NCBI GenBank assembly: GCA_965237675.1 | Contig: OZ250150.1 | Location: 3,520,001 to 3,584,000, forward strand | Direction of reading: 5' to 3' | Origin: Candidatus Latescibacterota bacterium | GTDB taxonomy: Bacteria > Latescibacterota > UBA2968 > GCA-2709665 | DNA length: 64,000 nucleotides | In this document: in pieces, positions 27,437-38,988 of the stretch | Numbering within the stretch: position 1 is the stretch's first letter | Layout: the number at the start of each line of letters is the position of its first letter | Made by a program: the position numbers and the translations under genes | Notes under the pieces: generated by a model | What the model saw: the letters and a program-made list of their open reading frames with translations, nothing else | The model's database searches: none | What the model was told of the DNA's origin: nothing

Positions 27437-27757
27437 ATAGGATCCGACTCAATCGGGAGTGCCCGTGGGTGTCCCTTTCGGACACGAGAGAGACGCCGGT
27501 CCTGCGGATGCCTCCAGATAATTAAATTTAACCAGTTTATAAGGAAAATAAAAGTACAATCAGTCCGAATCCGATGTATTTTTATGGCCGTCTCTCCGAA
27601 CACGGATTCTTCGCGCGCCGCCGCATAGCGCGTCGGTCGGATAACATTGATCGTCACGTCGGAGAACATGTGCATAGTTCTTGCTTTTCCCTCGTTCCAT
27701 GTCTAAATTATCTATACATTTGGTCACTGTCTTTTAGACTACGAAAACACCGCGAGG

Positions 27758-29773
27758 TTGATCATGGCGAGGTTCCGGGTCCAGGCACCGTTCGAACCGT
27801 CGGGCGACCAGCCAGAGGCCATTGCCGAATTGAGCGAGGGCGTTCGACGGGGCGACCGGTTTCAGACCCTGATGGGGGCGACCGGCACGGGCAAGACGTT
27901 TACCATTTCGAAGGTCATCGAGGTGGTACAGATGCCAACCCTGGTCATCTCGCACAATAAGACGCTGGCGGCTCAGCTCTACGGTGAATTCAAGACCTTC
28001 TTCCCGGACAACGCGGTGGAGTTTTTTATATCCTATTACGACTACTATCAGCCTGAGGCCTATAAGCCGGTAACCGATACGTTCATCGAAAAGGAAGCGG
28101 ACATCAACGATGAGATCAACCGGCTGCGCCTGCGCGCGACGAGTGCGTTGATGGAACGCCAGGATGTGATTATCGTGGCCAGCGTATCCTGCATTTACGG
28201 AATCGGCAATCCGGAAGAGTACGAGGGCATGCACGTCATGATCGACCTGGGGGACAGACTGGACCGGGACGAACTGCTTCGCCGGCTGGTGGATATTCAC
28301 TATACCCGGAACGACGTGGACTTCGGTCCTGGTACGTTTCGGGTTCGCGGCGACGTGGTGGAGATCTATCGACCTGAACGGGATGATCCGGTTCGCGTGG
28401 AATTCTTCGGCGACGAAGTGGATGCGATCAGTATGGTGCGGCCAGTGACCGGGGAGGTGCTGGAGACGCGAGAACGAGCGGCGATTTACCCGGCGCGGCA
28501 TTTCGTGACCAGCGGGCAGCGGATCGAGCAGGCGATCGAACAGATTGAGATCGATATGGCCAGGCAACTTGACGATTTCAAAAACCAGGGAAAATTACTG
28601 GAAGCCCAGCGGCTGGAGACCCGCACGCGGTACGATATCGAGATGATGCGTGAGATCGGCTACTGTGCCGGAATCGAAAACTACTCGCGGTATATCGACG
28701 GGCGGGAACCCGGGCAGCCACCCCACGTTTTGCTGGACTATTTCCCGGAGGAGTTCCTGGTTGTAATCGACGAGTCCCACGCGACGCTGCCCCAGATACG
28801 GGGGATGTGGAACGCGGACCGGTCTCGGAAGACGACGCTTGTGGATCACGGGTTCCGGTTGCCGGCGGCACTGGACAACCGCCCGCTCTATTTTCAGGAA
28901 TTCGAAGGCATGGTGAACACGGGGATTTTCATGTCGGCCACACCCGCGGATTATGAGCTGGAGAAGACGCAGGGCATTGTGGTTGAGCAAATTATTCGTC
29001 CGACCGGCGTCCTGGATCCGGAGATGCTTGTGCGCCCCGTCCGCGGGCAGGTGGACGATCTGATCGACGAGGTCCGTGAGCGGGTGGACCGGAAAGAACG
29101 GGTGCTTGTAACCGCACTGACCAAGAGAATGTCGGAAGACCTGGCGGAATACATGCGGGATCTGGGTATTCGGGCCCGCTATATGCATTCTGAAATCGAC
29201 TCATTGGAGCGTGTGGAAATCATCAGGGGATTGCGGCTGGGCGAGTTCGACGTTCTGGTGGGTGTGAATCTGTTGCGCGAGGGGTTGGATCTGCCGGAAG
29301 TGTCCCTGGTCGCAATTCTGGATGCGGACAAAGAGGGCTTCCTGCGCTCGACGCGTTCGCTGATTCAGACGGCAGGCCGGGCGGCCCGGAATCTGGCCGG
29401 CAAGGTCATATTGTACGCAGACAAAGTGACGGACTCGATGCGGCGGGCAATCGACGAAACCGACCGCAGACGGCAGGTGCAGCAGGCATACAACGAGCGA
29501 TCGGGCGTTGTGCCGCAGACGGTCTACAAGAGCAGGGATGAGATTCTGCGGGCGACGGCAGTCGCTGATGTCAGGCAGGAGGAGGTGTCGCTCGCCGCGG
29601 AGGAGGCGTCCGGGTACGAGGCGGGCGCGAACCTGTTGGACGTCATCGCGGATCTGGAAGACAAAATGGCCAGGGCCGCGGCGGAACTGGCGTTCGAGAA
29701 AGCGGCCGGATACCGCGACGAGATTACCCGGCTGAAAGCGGGCATGAAGGGGGTCGTGGACGGCGCTGTATAG
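27758..29773 (+). CDS. uvrB: Excinuclease ABC subunit B
   Basis: [41 protein letters not shown]-terminal UVR domain. Confidence 0.99.
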   Translation: MIMARFRVQAPFEPSGDQPEAIAELSEGVRRGDRFQTLMGATGTGKTFTISKVIEVVQMPTLVISHNKTLAAQLYGEFKTFFPDNAVEFFISYYDYYQPEAYKPVTDTFIEKEADINDEINRLRLRATSALMERQDVIIVASVSCIYGIGNPEEYEGMHVMIDLGDRLDRDELLRRLVDIHYTRNDVDFGPGTFRVRGDVVEIYRPERDDPVRVEFFGDEVDAISMVRPVTGEVLETRERAAIYPARHFVTSGQRIEQAIEQIEIDMARQLDDFKNQGKLLEAQRLETRTRYDIEMMREIGYCAGIENYSRYIDGREPGQPPHVLLDYFPEEFLVVIDESHATLPQIRGMWNADRSRKTTLVDHGFRLPAALDNRPLYFQEFEGMVNTGIFMSATPADYELEKTQGIVVEQIIRPTGVLDPEMLVRPVRGQVDDLIDEVRERVDRKERVLVTALTKRMSEDLAEYMRDLGIRARYMHSEIDSLERVEIIRGLRLGEFDVLVGVNLLREGLDLPEVSLVAILDADKEGFLRSTRSLIQTAGRAARNLAGKVILYADKVTDSMRRAIDETDRRRQVQQAYNERSGVVPQTVYKSRDEILRATAVADVRQEEVSLAAEEASGYEAGANLLDVIADLEDKMARAAAELAFEKAAGYRDEITRLKAGMKGVVDGAV

Positions 29774-29791
29774 GCTGGAAGATGGAGTGGC

Positions 29792-30655
29792 ATGGCGAAC
29801 CTACCCGAACGGGATGGCATCGACCACGTTGTCGACGCAGCGATTCTGGAAGATGTGGGCGACGGAGACATTTCTACTGCATGGACCGTGCGCGAGCATA
29901 CCACGGCCCGAGCCGTGCTGATCGCAAGGACGCCGGGTGTGGTCGCGGGGTTGAGGGTAGCGGAACGGGTGTTTCGGCGGGTTGATTCGCGAATCGCGGT
30001 GACACCGCAAATTTCGGATGGCGCCCGCGTTGAAGTCGAGGATCTGCTGGCGAACGTCCTGGGCCCCGCCCGGGGCATCCTGACGGCGGAACGGACGGCG
30101 TTGAATTTTCTGCAGCGCATGTCCGGAATCGCAACGACGACGGCGGCCTTCGTGGCCGCAGTTGCCGGGACGGGCGTCAGGATTCTGGATACGCGGAAGA
30201 CCGCGCCCGGCCTGAGGATGCTCGACAAGTATGCGGTTGTCGCGGGGGGAGGAACGAGCCACCGGATGGGACTCCACGATATGGTGCTCCTCAAGGATAA
30301 CCACATCCAGGCGGCAGATGGAATCGGGCCGGCGGTTGCTGCGGTGAAGGCCGCAATGGCCCGGGACCGGAGGCGCGTGATGATCGAAGTGGAGGTGAAA
30401 ACCCTTCGCGAACTGGACGATGCGCTGGCCGTGGGGGTGGAGCGGGTGATGTTGGACAATATGGATCTGCAGACTACACGTCTGGCGGTGGCGCGGGCGA
30501 AGGCGCTCGGACCGAAAAGACCCCTTCTGGAAGCATCCGGCAACGTCACACTCGATACCGTTCGCACCGTGGCCGATACCGGTGTAGACCTGATCTCGGT
30601 CGGTGCGCTGACGCATTCGGCGCCCGCCATGGATATGAGCCTGTTATTCCGATGA
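29792..30655 (+). CDS. nadC: Nicotinate-nucleotide diphosphorylase (quinolinate phosphoribosyltransferase)
   Basis: EDVGDGDIS, ERTALNFLQRMSGIAT, DTRKTAPG, KDNH, EASGNV, VGALTHS. Confidence 0.98.
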   Translation: MANLPERDGIDHVVDAAILEDVGDGDISTAWTVREHTTARAVLIARTPGVVAGLRVAERVFRRVDSRIAVTPQISDGARVEVEDLLANVLGPARGILTAERTALNFLQRMSGIATTTAAFVAAVAGTGVRILDTRKTAPGLRMLDKYAVVAGGGTSHRMGLHDMVLLKDNHIQAADGIGPAVAAVKAAMARDRRRVMIEVEVKTLRELDDALAVGVERVMLDNMDLQTTRLAVARAKALGPKRPLLEASGNVTLDTVRTVADTGVDLISVGALTHSAPAMDMSLLFR

Positions 30656-31689
30656 GCGCCAGGCGGCCGTGTTTCGCCACGGAATCACACACCAGACGCG
30701 GTTGCGTTGAGACCCCATGTGCCTATCGTGTTCTCGAGGCGCTGGGCGAACCGCGGAAAGAGCCGGTCTCGGTCGAAAATCTGGCCGCGGCACTGTCATG
30801 TAAGCCCAACGATGTTCTGGGAGCCATAGGTGTAATGCGGCGCCTGGGATATTCCGTTTCGGATTGTCCCGGAGCAGGGATACGTCTGGACACCGAAATG
30901 GATGTGATCCTCCGTGCCGACCTGCTCGGACGCCTGAGGACCCGTGTCCTGGGCCGGTCTCCCGTATGCTTCCTGGAGTTGGATTCAACAAACAACGTGG
31001 CCACGCAGGCCGCTCGCGCCGGCGCGCCGCACGGCATGGTTGTCGTTGCGGAACATCAGAAGGCCGGTCGCGGCCGACTGGGTAGAGAGTGGTTTTCGCC
31101 GCCCGGCGTGGGACTCTGGTTCTCACTGATTCTCCGATACGACCTGGCGATTTCACGTGCCTGGATGCTTACACTCGGCGCGGCCGTCGCACTGGCCGAT
31201 GCCGTTGAGGAGGTAACAGGCGCCCGGCCGGACGTCCGGTGGCCGAACGACCTCTACCTGAATGGTCGCAAACTTGCAGGCATCCTGACGGAGGCGCGCG
31301 GCGCCGACAGGTTGCGCTTCGCCGTTCTCGGCATCGGGATAAACGTGAACCAGGAAGCGGCAGACTTTCCTGCGGGTTTGCGAGAAACCGCAATATCCGT
31401 CCGGTGCGCAACGGGTCGGTTGTTCGAGCGGACAGTGCTTCTGGCCGAGGTGCTGTGGGCGCTGGAGCAGGTATACGCCAACCTGGATGCCGAGCGGATT
31501 CGAGAAATGTGGAAGGGCAAGGCCCGGATGCTGGGTAAGCCGGTTCGTATCACGACGGATGCAGGCCTAATTGATGGCCTGGCGGAGGATTTGGGGACCG
31601 ATGGCGCCCTTCTGGTACGGGGTGTCGACGGTGGAATCAGGAAGGTCATGGTCGGAGACGCACGAAGCACAAGAACGGTCTTGCGTTAG
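30652..31689 (+). CDS. birA: Biotin--[acetyl-CoA carboxylase] ligase with HTH-like N-terminus
   Basis: DSTN, QKAGRGRLGREWFSP, RWPND, RKLAGILTE, GIGINVN; ATGA overlap with nadC. Confidence 0.95.
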   Translation: MSARRPCFATESHTRRGCVETPCAYRVLEALGEPRKEPVSVENLAAALSCKPNDVLGAIGVMRRLGYSVSDCPGAGIRLDTEMDVILRADLLGRLRTRVLGRSPVCFLELDSTNNVATQAARAGAPHGMVVVAEHQKAGRGRLGREWFSPPGVGLWFSLILRYDLAISRAWMLTLGAAVALADAVEEVTGARPDVRWPNDLYLNGRKLAGILTEARGADRLRFAVLGIGINVNQEAADFPAGLRETAISVRCATGRLFERTVLLAEVLWALEQVYANLDAERIREMWKGKARMLGKPVRITTDAGLIDGLAEDLGTDGALLVRGVDGGIRKVMVGDARSTRTVLR

Positions 31690-31758
31690 ATAACCGAATG
31701 ATCGCTGTCTGCGGCAGGCATGTGGTTTCGGGCCTGGTTGCCGCTATTGAGTACGTCT

Positions 31759-32532
31759 ATGTTTCTTGCGCTTGACATCGGGAATTCCAGTATCGGCTGT
31801 GGCATATTTGATGAAAGCGAAATGCTGGCTCGCTGGTCCATGGAAACCGACGTCGGTCTGGATAGCCGCGCCTACTCGACGCGCCTGAGCGCCGTACTGG
31901 ACAAATCGGGTATCGATATCCGGGCGTTGGATGGGGCCATTGCTTCGTCGGTGGTTCGGGGAATGACAGAAGTCATTGGAGGGGCCGTCCAGGCATTGTC
32001 CGGGTATCATTTGGTTGAAGCGGATGCGCGCACCGATCCCGGGATCGACGTGGCTTCTGCGCGTCCCGAGGCCGTGGGCGTCGACCGGCTTCTGGCCGCA
32101 GGAGCGGCCTTCCGGCTGACCCGCGGCGCCGTCATTGTGGTGGATGCGGGAACTGCCCTGACAGTGGACCTGGTTTCAGCCGCGGGATGTTTTATGGGCG
32201 GAACCATCGCGCCGGGCCTGGCGGCCATGGCGAGTGTGCTCGCGTCGGGGACCAGTCTGCTGCCCGAGGTGACGCTCGAAGCACCGGAATCGGTGCTGGG
32301 GCGGGACACGCCGGAGTGTATCCGGGCAGGTGTGGTGTTCGGGGCGGCTGGAGCGGTGGATCGTGTGGTCGAAGAGCTGAACGAATCCGGGGGCGCCGCG
32401 ACGCGCGTGTTCCTGACCGGTGGAGATGCGTCGTTCATTTCACCCTATCTGAAATCGTCCCACCGTTCAGTACCGGACCTGGTGCTTCACGGTCTGGCCT
32501 ATGCGTTCAGGAAGCGTCACGATCCATCGTAG
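31759..32532 (+). CDS. coaX: Type III pantothenate kinase
   Basis: LDIGNS, SSVV, VGVDR, VDAGTALT, GGTIAPG, LTGGDA, LVLHGL. Confidence 0.96.
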   Translation: MFLALDIGNSSIGCGIFDESEMLARWSMETDVGLDSRAYSTRLSAVLDKSGIDIRALDGAIASSVVRGMTEVIGGAVQALSGYHLVEADARTDPGIDVASARPEAVGVDRLLAAGAAFRLTRGAVIVVDAGTALTVDLVSAAGCFMGGTIAPGLAAMASVLASGTSLLPEVTLEAPESVLGRDTPECIRAGVVFGAAGAVDRVVEELNESGGAATRVFLTGGDASFISPYLKSSHRSVPDLVLHGLAYAFRKRHDPS

Positions 32533-32629
32533 GATGCCGGTCTGAGAATAAAATCCCGCGGGCGGCAACGCATGCAGCGGGATTTTCGCGTACGTTTGCG
32601 ATGGAATCGTTCGTTCTTCCTGTGTTCCT

Positions 32630-33469
32630 TCAGGAAACCGCGCTTCCGCCTGGTTCCGCGGCGGCCGATTCGACCAGGGATTTCAGGATTCTCAGGTTAC
32701 GTTCTGCGGTTGAAACCGCGTCTTCCATTGGAGGCGTCTCAAAAACCAGCGGGCCCCGGTATTCCACTTCGGCCAATGCCTTCAGACAGCCCGCCAGGTC
32801 GATGTCACCGTCGCCCACATAACAGGGCGTCCGGTCTTCCCGCGGGTCCTTGATGTGGACCTGTCGGATTCGGTCTCCCAGGCAGTGGATGTCCGCGACC
32901 GAGTTGCTGCCGAGCATCTGCGCGTTGCCGACGTCGAAGTAAGCCCCTACGTACGGATTGTCAACCGCTTCAATCAATTCCCTCAAGTGTTCGCCGGTGA
33001 CGACGTGGCTGCGTCCCACGTTCTCCAGACCAATGTGAATGCCCTTGCTGGCCGCCTGCGTGGCAACAGCCCGTGTTTCGTAGGTCCACCGACGGGCGGC
33101 TTCGTCTGGGGGTAACGCCAGTGGATTGGTGACCGGAATGAGTATGGTGTCGATGCCCAGGATCTTACACGCATGGATGGCCTGGAAGACGATCTGTTTG
33201 GCCATAAAGCGGTTCGCAACGTCCGGGTCGGCGAAAGAATAATGCCAGAACGTGTGGAGGCAAACGGAGAAGATGGGGACGCCGGCCGATTCCGCGCGCT
33301 GTCCCAGGGCTTCAATGTCCTCCTCGTTCCACAGGTCGGAGGCGCGATAGGTGTTCCCCCGAATGCCCAGTTCGACGCCGTCGTAGCCGAGTGCCTTCGC
33401 TTTCGGGAACACATCCACCCAGTCTGATTGTAAAACGTCTTCCAGAATACCGAATTTGAACCGGCTCAT
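32630..33469 (-). CDS. Sugar phosphate isomerase/epimerase (hexulose-6-P isomerase-like)
   Basis: GYDGVEL, IGLENV, YFDVGN, VHIKD, GDGDIDL, LVFE. Confidence 0.9.
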   Translation of the reverse strand: MSRFKFGILEDVLQSDWVDVFPKAKALGYDGVELGIRGNTYRASDLWNEEDIEALGQRAESAGVPIFSVCLHTFWHYSFADPDVANRFMAKQIVFQAIHACKILGIDTILIPVTNPLALPPDEAARRWTYETRAVATQAASKGIHIGLENVGRSHVVTGEHLRELIEAVDNPYVGAYFDVGNAQMLGSNSVADIHCLGDRIRQVHIKDPREDRTPCYVGDGDIDLAGCLKALAEVEYRGPLVFETPPMEDAVSTAERNLRILKSLVESAAAEPGGSAVS

Positions 33470-33645
33470 TGCCTTCCTTCCGGTTGCGGATCGATTCAAT
33501 TCGTCAAGACACCCAATTTACGGCACACCGCGTGAGATTGGAGATGGATCGCGGGGGGCACCAGATCCCGAAAAACTGCAATCAGCGTGTCGGGCGGAAG
33601 GGGCGAAGAACGGGTTCCCCTGCCACGATACACCTGCCATCCGCT

Positions 33646-33887
33646 AAAGTACAAAAGGTCCGGAGCGCTGTCAATAAGATCCTGAATTCACACGAACGGG
33701 TTCTGGCGGAATTTTCTACCGGAGCTCGATGTTCCCGGCCGGCGCGGCAGGCGTGTCTGTACGTCACGCGGACGCCGTATTCGACTTCCTGGCTGCATTG
33801 CGTCGAACCTGGGCGACGCCCTGATCAGTTAAGTGGCATCCGAATACAGCCATTCGGTTTGACATCCGGATGGGGTCAACGTATTAT
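33646..33887. promoter_or_regulatory. Divergent sigma70 promoters
   Basis: Plus strand: TTGACA (33859-64), 17 nt, TATTAT (33882-87). Minus strand: TTGACA (33674-69), 17 nt, TACTTT (33651-46). Confidence 0.55.
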
Positions 33888-33913
33888 AGGTCGATTTCCA
33901 AGGAGACGCGACG

Positions 33914-34696
33914 ATGAAGACAGCGCTTTGTACGATTGCATTTAAAGATCGGTCGATGGTAGAGGTCCTGGATCTTGCGGTCCGGGCCGGTTTGGACGGT
34001 GTCGAGCCGTGGGGCAAACCCGATCACATGCCTGCCTCGTACGACGCGGAATATAACCGGCGAATGGCCGATGCGATTCGGGAACGCGGGTTGGAGATAT
34101 CTCAGTATGGATCGTACATCAATCCGGCCTCGGACGATTTTGATCAGGATATGGCGGAAGGGTTGGACCTCGCGTCGGATCTCGGCGCGAACAAAATCCG
34201 GGTGTGGGCCGGATCCTGCGGTTCGGCGGAGGCGACCGATGAGGACTGGCGCGTTGCTGTCTCGCGGTTTCGCAGATTCGCGGAGCGTGCCGGTGGCGAG
34301 GGCACGAGTCTTGTCCTTGAGATGCACCAGGGTTATCTGTCCGACACGGCATGGGGAAGCCTGCGTTTATTGGAGGGCGTGGATCGGCCCAATTTTCTTC
34401 TGAACTTCCAACCGATGTATTCCGACAGCGCAGACCGGGTCATGGCGGTGGCGCGGCAGGTAGCGCCTCTTGTGGCAACGGTGCACGCGCAGAACTATAC
34501 CGCCATGGGGCAGAACGCACGCAGCCTGATTTCGGACGGTTACGTGGACTATACCGCGGTCGTCGGTGAACTCGCGGCGGCCGGTTTTGACGGATTTCTG
34601 GAGGTCGAGTTTGTCCGGGATGGCGACCGAGAGGCCGCGCTGATGGCGGATGCCGCGTTTCTTCGCACGTTGTGTGCGAGAACGGATTCAAAATAA
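33914..34696 (+). CDS. Sugar phosphate isomerase/epimerase (TIM barrel)
   Basis: GLDGVEPWG, YGSY, IRVWAG, LEMH, VHAQN, GFLEVEFV. Confidence 0.88.
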   Translation: MKTALCTIAFKDRSMVEVLDLAVRAGLDGVEPWGKPDHMPASYDAEYNRRMADAIRERGLEISQYGSYINPASDDFDQDMAEGLDLASDLGANKIRVWAGSCGSAEATDEDWRVAVSRFRRFAERAGGEGTSLVLEMHQGYLSDTAWGSLRLLEGVDRPNFLLNFQPMYSDSADRVMAVARQVAPLVATVHAQNYTAMGQNARSLISDGYVDYTAVVGELAAAGFDGFLEVEFVRDGDREAALMADAAFLRTLCARTDSK

Positions 34697-34720
34697 ACTT
34701 CTGAAACAGGAGGTCGGGCA

Positions 34721-35476
34721 ATGGACTGTCTGCTGGCGTGTATTGTGTTTCTTGCAGTTCTCCTGGCGGTGGATTCAGCTCGGGCCGAAGGCCGGCCGAG
34801 CTATACGATTTATCGCACCGGAACGCCGATTACGGTTGACGGACGGTTGGACGAACCGGCGTGGGTCGCTGCGCCGGACGTTGGGGCGTTCGTTTTCCCG
34901 TGGTACAGTGAAGGCAAACAAGAGCAGACGGTGGCGAAGATGCTCTGGGACGATACCCACCTCTACGTGGCGTATATCTGCGAAGACGCGCATATCTGGG
35001 CGGATCATACCGAGCGCAACAGCGCCGTATACGATGACGACTGCGTGGAGGTGTTTACCGCGCCGAATCCGGACCTGCCGCACGTTTATTTCAATATTGA
35101 GATGAATGTACTGAGCATTTTTCTGGACCGGTTCAATCCGAAGGGGGCGGGTGAGGTGGTGGACACGGGGTGGCGGGCAACAGGTCTTCAGGTTTCAACG
35201 TTTATCGCTGGCACGCTGAATAACGACGAGGATACCGATTCGTACTGGGTCCTCGAGGCCGCCATACCGTTCGAGAATTTCGACGGCGTCGCGAAACACA
35301 CACCACCGTTGCCAGGTGACGTTTGGCATTTGAACCTGAACCGGCTGGGGGGAAAAACCAACGTCCAGTTCAGCCAGTGGACCGCCAGCCGGACGGACGA
35401 GCCGCAGTTTCATGCGCCGGACGATTTCGGGCGCGTTACGTTTTCAGACGTAGCGAGCCCATTCTGGAAACGATAG
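34721..35476 (+). CDS. Secreted carbohydrate-binding family 9-like (DOMON-like) protein
   Basis: Signal peptide; ITVDGRLDEPAW, LWDDTHLYV, DDCVEVF, EAAIPF, FHAPDDFG. Confidence 0.88.
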   Translation: MDCLLACIVFLAVLLAVDSARAEGRPSYTIYRTGTPITVDGRLDEPAWVAAPDVGAFVFPWYSEGKQEQTVAKMLWDDTHLYVAYICEDAHIWADHTERNSAVYDDDCVEVFTAPNPDLPHVYFNIEMNVLSIFLDRFNPKGAGEVVDTGWRATGLQVSTFIAGTLNNDEDTDSYWVLEAAIPFENFDGVAKHTPPLPGDVWHLNLNRLGGKTNVQFSQWTASRTDEPQFHAPDDFGRVTFSDVASPFWKR

Positions 35477-35541
35477 TGAAGACGAACTGCAAGTCAGGCG
35501 GCCGGTGTGGCAGCCGACACCACGCGATCAAGGAATACGTG

Positions 35542-36294
35542 ATGAGGCGATTGCTTCCATTGGCGCTGGCCGGACTGTTTTTTGGGTCCCCATGTGGCGT
35601 CTTTGGCGAAGAGATCCGTGACATACTGGTGCTTGTGGACCGGGTTGACCGGTTGTACCGGAGCCGGACCAGTTACGCCGAGTTGGAAATGGAAATTCAG
35701 ACCCCTCACTGGCGCCGCACCCTCCGAATGAAGATGTGGACCGAAGAGATGCACAAGACCTTCGTCACAATCCTGTCGCCCAAGAAAGAAGCGGGGACCG
35801 CGACATTGCGCGTGGGAAACGAGATGTGGAACTATTTTCCCAGGATCGACAAAGTGATTAAAATCCCGCCGTCGATGATGATGGGGTCCTGGATGGGTTC
35901 CGATTTTACCAATGACGATCTGGTGAAGGAGAGTTCGCTGGTGGCGGACTACATTCCGAGTTTCGGGACGCCCGAGAACGACGCGGTGTACGAAGTCGTG
36001 CTGATTCCGAGGGATGAGACGCCCACGGTTTGGGGAAAGATTGTCGTCACGATACGGAAGTCGGATTTGATTCCCGTCTCGTGCGTTTATTTCGACGAGC
36101 ATGGCGGCGCAATGCGGGAGATGACGTTTACGGACCTGAGGGCGTTCGAAGGGCGGACGCTGCCCGCCGTGCTGGAGATGACGCCGTTGAAAAAGGCAGG
36201 ATATCGAACGGTAATCCGGTACGTGGACGCGCAGTTCGATCGTCAACTGCCAAAGCGGACGTTTACGCATCGGAATCTGCGAATGCGCCGGTGA
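35542..36294 (+). CDS. Outer-membrane lipoprotein-sorting (LolA-like) protein
   Basis: Signal peptide; EMWNYFPRIDKVIKIPPSMMMGSWMGSDFTNDDL. Confidence 0.9.
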   Translation: MRRLLPLALAGLFFGSPCGVFGEEIRDILVLVDRVDRLYRSRTSYAELEMEIQTPHWRRTLRMKMWTEEMHKTFVTILSPKKEAGTATLRVGNEMWNYFPRIDKVIKIPPSMMMGSWMGSDFTNDDLVKESSLVADYIPSFGTPENDAVYEVVLIPRDETPTVWGKIVVTIRKSDLIPVSCVYFDEHGGAMREMTFTDLRAFEGRTLPAVLEMTPLKKAGYRTVIRYVDAQFDRQLPKRTFTHRNLRMRR

Positions 36295-36442
36295 AAAGCA
36301 TCCCATATGGCGTCCGGATCGGGGAATGATCCTGGGTGACGCCTGGAGAATGCTGCGGTGACCGGAAGTCCGGAGCGGATCAATCGGGTGAAGAAAACGC
36401 TCGGTTTGTCTTCTGTGAAGAACGCGAGGCGGATACTTGACT

Positions 36443-37657
36443 ATGGTGATCAGGATTGCGTATCGGAATCTCTTTCGTCAGCGGCGCCGGTCACTATTGA
36501 CCGTGTTGGCAATGGCTGTGGGCTTTGCGCTGTGTTCACTGTCCATTGGCATTTCGGACGGTACCTACATGGGCTTGATCGAGGCGTTCACCCGGGACCG
36601 GACCGGGCACGTTCAGGTTCATAAGAAGGGGTACCTGGACAAACCGACGCTCTACAATACCATCGTCGATCCGGATCGGGTCGGACAGATCATCGGGTTT
36701 TTGCCCTCCGTGGAGGCCTGGGCCCCGCGGGTATATTCTGCGGTGTTGGCCGCGGCCGGCAACAAGACCACGGGCGCGCGGATCGTGGGGGTGTTACCCG
36801 AACGGGAAGCGCAGACAACCAGGCTCAAATCGAAGGTGCGTGCAGGGCGGTTCCTGTCCAAACGCCAGGGTCCGGAGGTGATGCTGGGCTATGGTCTGGC
36901 GGAGGTCTTGAACGCAACCACGGGCGATGAGGTGGCGTTGATCGGGCAGGCGGCGGACGGGTCGATCGCCAACGACGTTTATCGTGTTGTGGGCGTCGTC
37001 GGCGACGGGAAGGATCCGTACGATCGTGTGGCATGTTATATGCACCTCGAGACCGCCCAGGCATTCCTGGCGCTGGACCGCCGTGTACATGAAATTGCTG
37101 TTGTGGTTGAGGATTTATCCCTGTCGGTGCGCATTGCCGGCAAGATGCGGGGTCTGCTCGACAATGGTCTGCTGGACGTGTCGCCCTGGCAGGTGGTGGA
37201 GAGGACATTCTACCGGGCAATGCAGGCCGACGTTCAGAGTATGTGGATTTCGCTGGGAATCATCATGTTGATTGTGGCCATCGGCGTATTGAATACGGTG
37301 CTGATGGCCATCATGGAGCGTACACGGGAGTTTGGCGTGCTGCGTGCACTCGGAACGCGTCCGTCGAACGTGTTTTTTCTGATCCTGGTAGAAACCGTCT
37401 GTCTGTCGATTCTGAGCATTCTGCTGGGTGGAGCATTGAGCCTGCTCGGTAATTTCATGCTATCAATATATGGGATAACGTACCCGACGCCCGTGGAATA
37501 CGGTGGATATGCCTTCGACCGTCTGATCAGCGTGGTCACGTTTCGGTCGATCTGGATTCCGGCGGTGTTGACCCTCGGCACCGCCGTCATCGTGAGTTTT
37601 TTCCCCGCGACGCGGGCGGCGCGGGTCGCGCCGGCGCGAGCGATGCGGACACACTAA
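36443..37657 (+). CDS. ABC transporter permease (LolE/FtsX-MacB family)
   Basis: IAYRNLFRQRRRSLLT; NTVLMAIMERTREFGVLRALG; PATRAARVAP. Confidence 0.93.
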   Translation: MVIRIAYRNLFRQRRRSLLTVLAMAVGFALCSLSIGISDGTYMGLIEAFTRDRTGHVQVHKKGYLDKPTLYNTIVDPDRVGQIIGFLPSVEAWAPRVYSAVLAAAGNKTTGARIVGVLPEREAQTTRLKSKVRAGRFLSKRQGPEVMLGYGLAEVLNATTGDEVALIGQAADGSIANDVYRVVGVVGDGKDPYDRVACYMHLETAQAFLALDRRVHEIAVVVEDLSLSVRIAGKMRGLLDNGLLDVSPWQVVERTFYRAMQADVQSMWISLGIIMLIVAIGVLNTVLMAIMERTREFGVLRALGTRPSNVFFLILVETVCLSILSILLGGALSLLGNFMLSIYGITYPTPVEYGGYAFDRLISVVTFRSIWIPAVLTLGTAVIVSFFPATRAARVAPARAMRTH

Positions 37658-37761
37658 GCGGTGATGGCAACGCTTCAGTGCCAGGGGCCAGGTATTGTCG
37701 CGTGGCGATGACAGGCCGCGATCAACGCGAAAGTACGTGCCGGTTTCCAAGGGCAGATGCG

Positions 37762-38988
37762 ATGTTGTTTTTGATGAAAATCGCGTGGCGAAATACGTTT
37801 CGAAATACGCGGCGGACGATCCTGGCCAGCCTCGCCATTGGTATCGGACTGGCGGCGTTGATCTTTACCGACGGATTGATGATCGGTATGTCCGATAGCA
37901 TAATACGGACGGCGACGGATACGTTTATGGGGCATGGGCAGATCCATGCCGACGGCTTCAGAAGCACGCACGAAGTCGAGCGGGTTGTGAGGGGGTTGCC
38001 GCAGATTGTGGAACGACTGACGGCCGATCCTGACGTGAAACGCATATCGCTGCGCGTTCAGACGCACGGAATACTGGCTTCGCCGGCGAATTCCGGCACG
38101 GTATTGCTTTACGGGATCGATCCACGACTTGAACGGGCGTTTTCCAAGGTTGACAAGGCCATCGTTGAAGGCTCGTTCCTCGGTCGGAATGACAGGCGGA
38201 AAATTCTCGTGGGGTCGAAGCTGGCCGAATCGCTGGAGGTCGGCGTCGGCGACCGCGTGGTGATTACGGCCGCGGAGGCGGAGACAGGAGATCTGGCCCA
38301 GGAGATGTTCCGGGTGGGCGGAATCTTCCACTTTGGTATCGGAGAGATGGACGTCGGAGTGGGTTTCGCACACATAGAGACCATCCAACGCATGCTGGGC
38401 CTTCCAGGCAAAGTGCACGAGATTGCCGTTAAATTCAGATCGTTCTCTCGAAACCACGACGTGGATGCTGATTTCCGGACGAAATATTCACAGGAAGGCA
38501 ACGAGGTCCGGAACTGGAAGGCCCTGATGCCTCAGCTTGGCGTGGTCGTTGAAATGGCTGAGTTCTCGTCGTTGATAATGGGTTTCATTCTATTTGCGGT
38601 CGTGTCGCTGGGTATCGTCAACACGCTGTTTATGTCGCTCCACGAACGAATGTTCGAGTTTGGTGTCCTGCGCGCGGTGGGCACCCGTCCCGGCCGTATG
38701 GCGATGCTGATTTTGTGGGAGGCGGGCGTGCTTTCCATGCTCAGCATTCTGATCGGGAGCGGAATTGGATTTGTTGTGATTTTCCTCTTTTCCATCTATG
38801 GAATCGATTACGTGGGCATCGAGCTCGCGGGCGTGACGCTGCGGGAATTGATATATCCGGCCCTGCGGTTGGAACAATTCGTTATTTTTCCGGTGTGCGT
38901 ATTTCTCTTTACGCTGGTTGCCGGGGTCTATCCGGCGATTTACGCGGCCCGGCTTAATCCGGCTCAGGCAATGAAGACGTACGAGTGA
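37762..38988 (+). CDS. ABC transporter permease (LolE/FtsX-MacB family)
   Basis: IAWRNTFRNTRRT; NTLFMSLHERMFEFGVLRAVG; YPAIYAARLNP. Confidence 0.93.
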   Translation: MLFLMKIAWRNTFRNTRRTILASLAIGIGLAALIFTDGLMIGMSDSIIRTATDTFMGHGQIHADGFRSTHEVERVVRGLPQIVERLTADPDVKRISLRVQTHGILASPANSGTVLLYGIDPRLERAFSKVDKAIVEGSFLGRNDRRKILVGSKLAESLEVGVGDRVVITAAEAETGDLAQEMFRVGGIFHFGIGEMDVGVGFAHIETIQRMLGLPGKVHEIAVKFRSFSRNHDVDADFRTKYSQEGNEVRNWKALMPQLGVVVEMAEFSSLIMGFILFAVVSLGIVNTLFMSLHERMFEFGVLRAVGTRPGRMAMLILWEAGVLSMLSILIGSGIGFVVIFLFSIYGIDYVGIELAGVTLRELIYPALRLEQFVIFPVCVFLFTLVAGVYPAIYAARLNPAQAMKTYE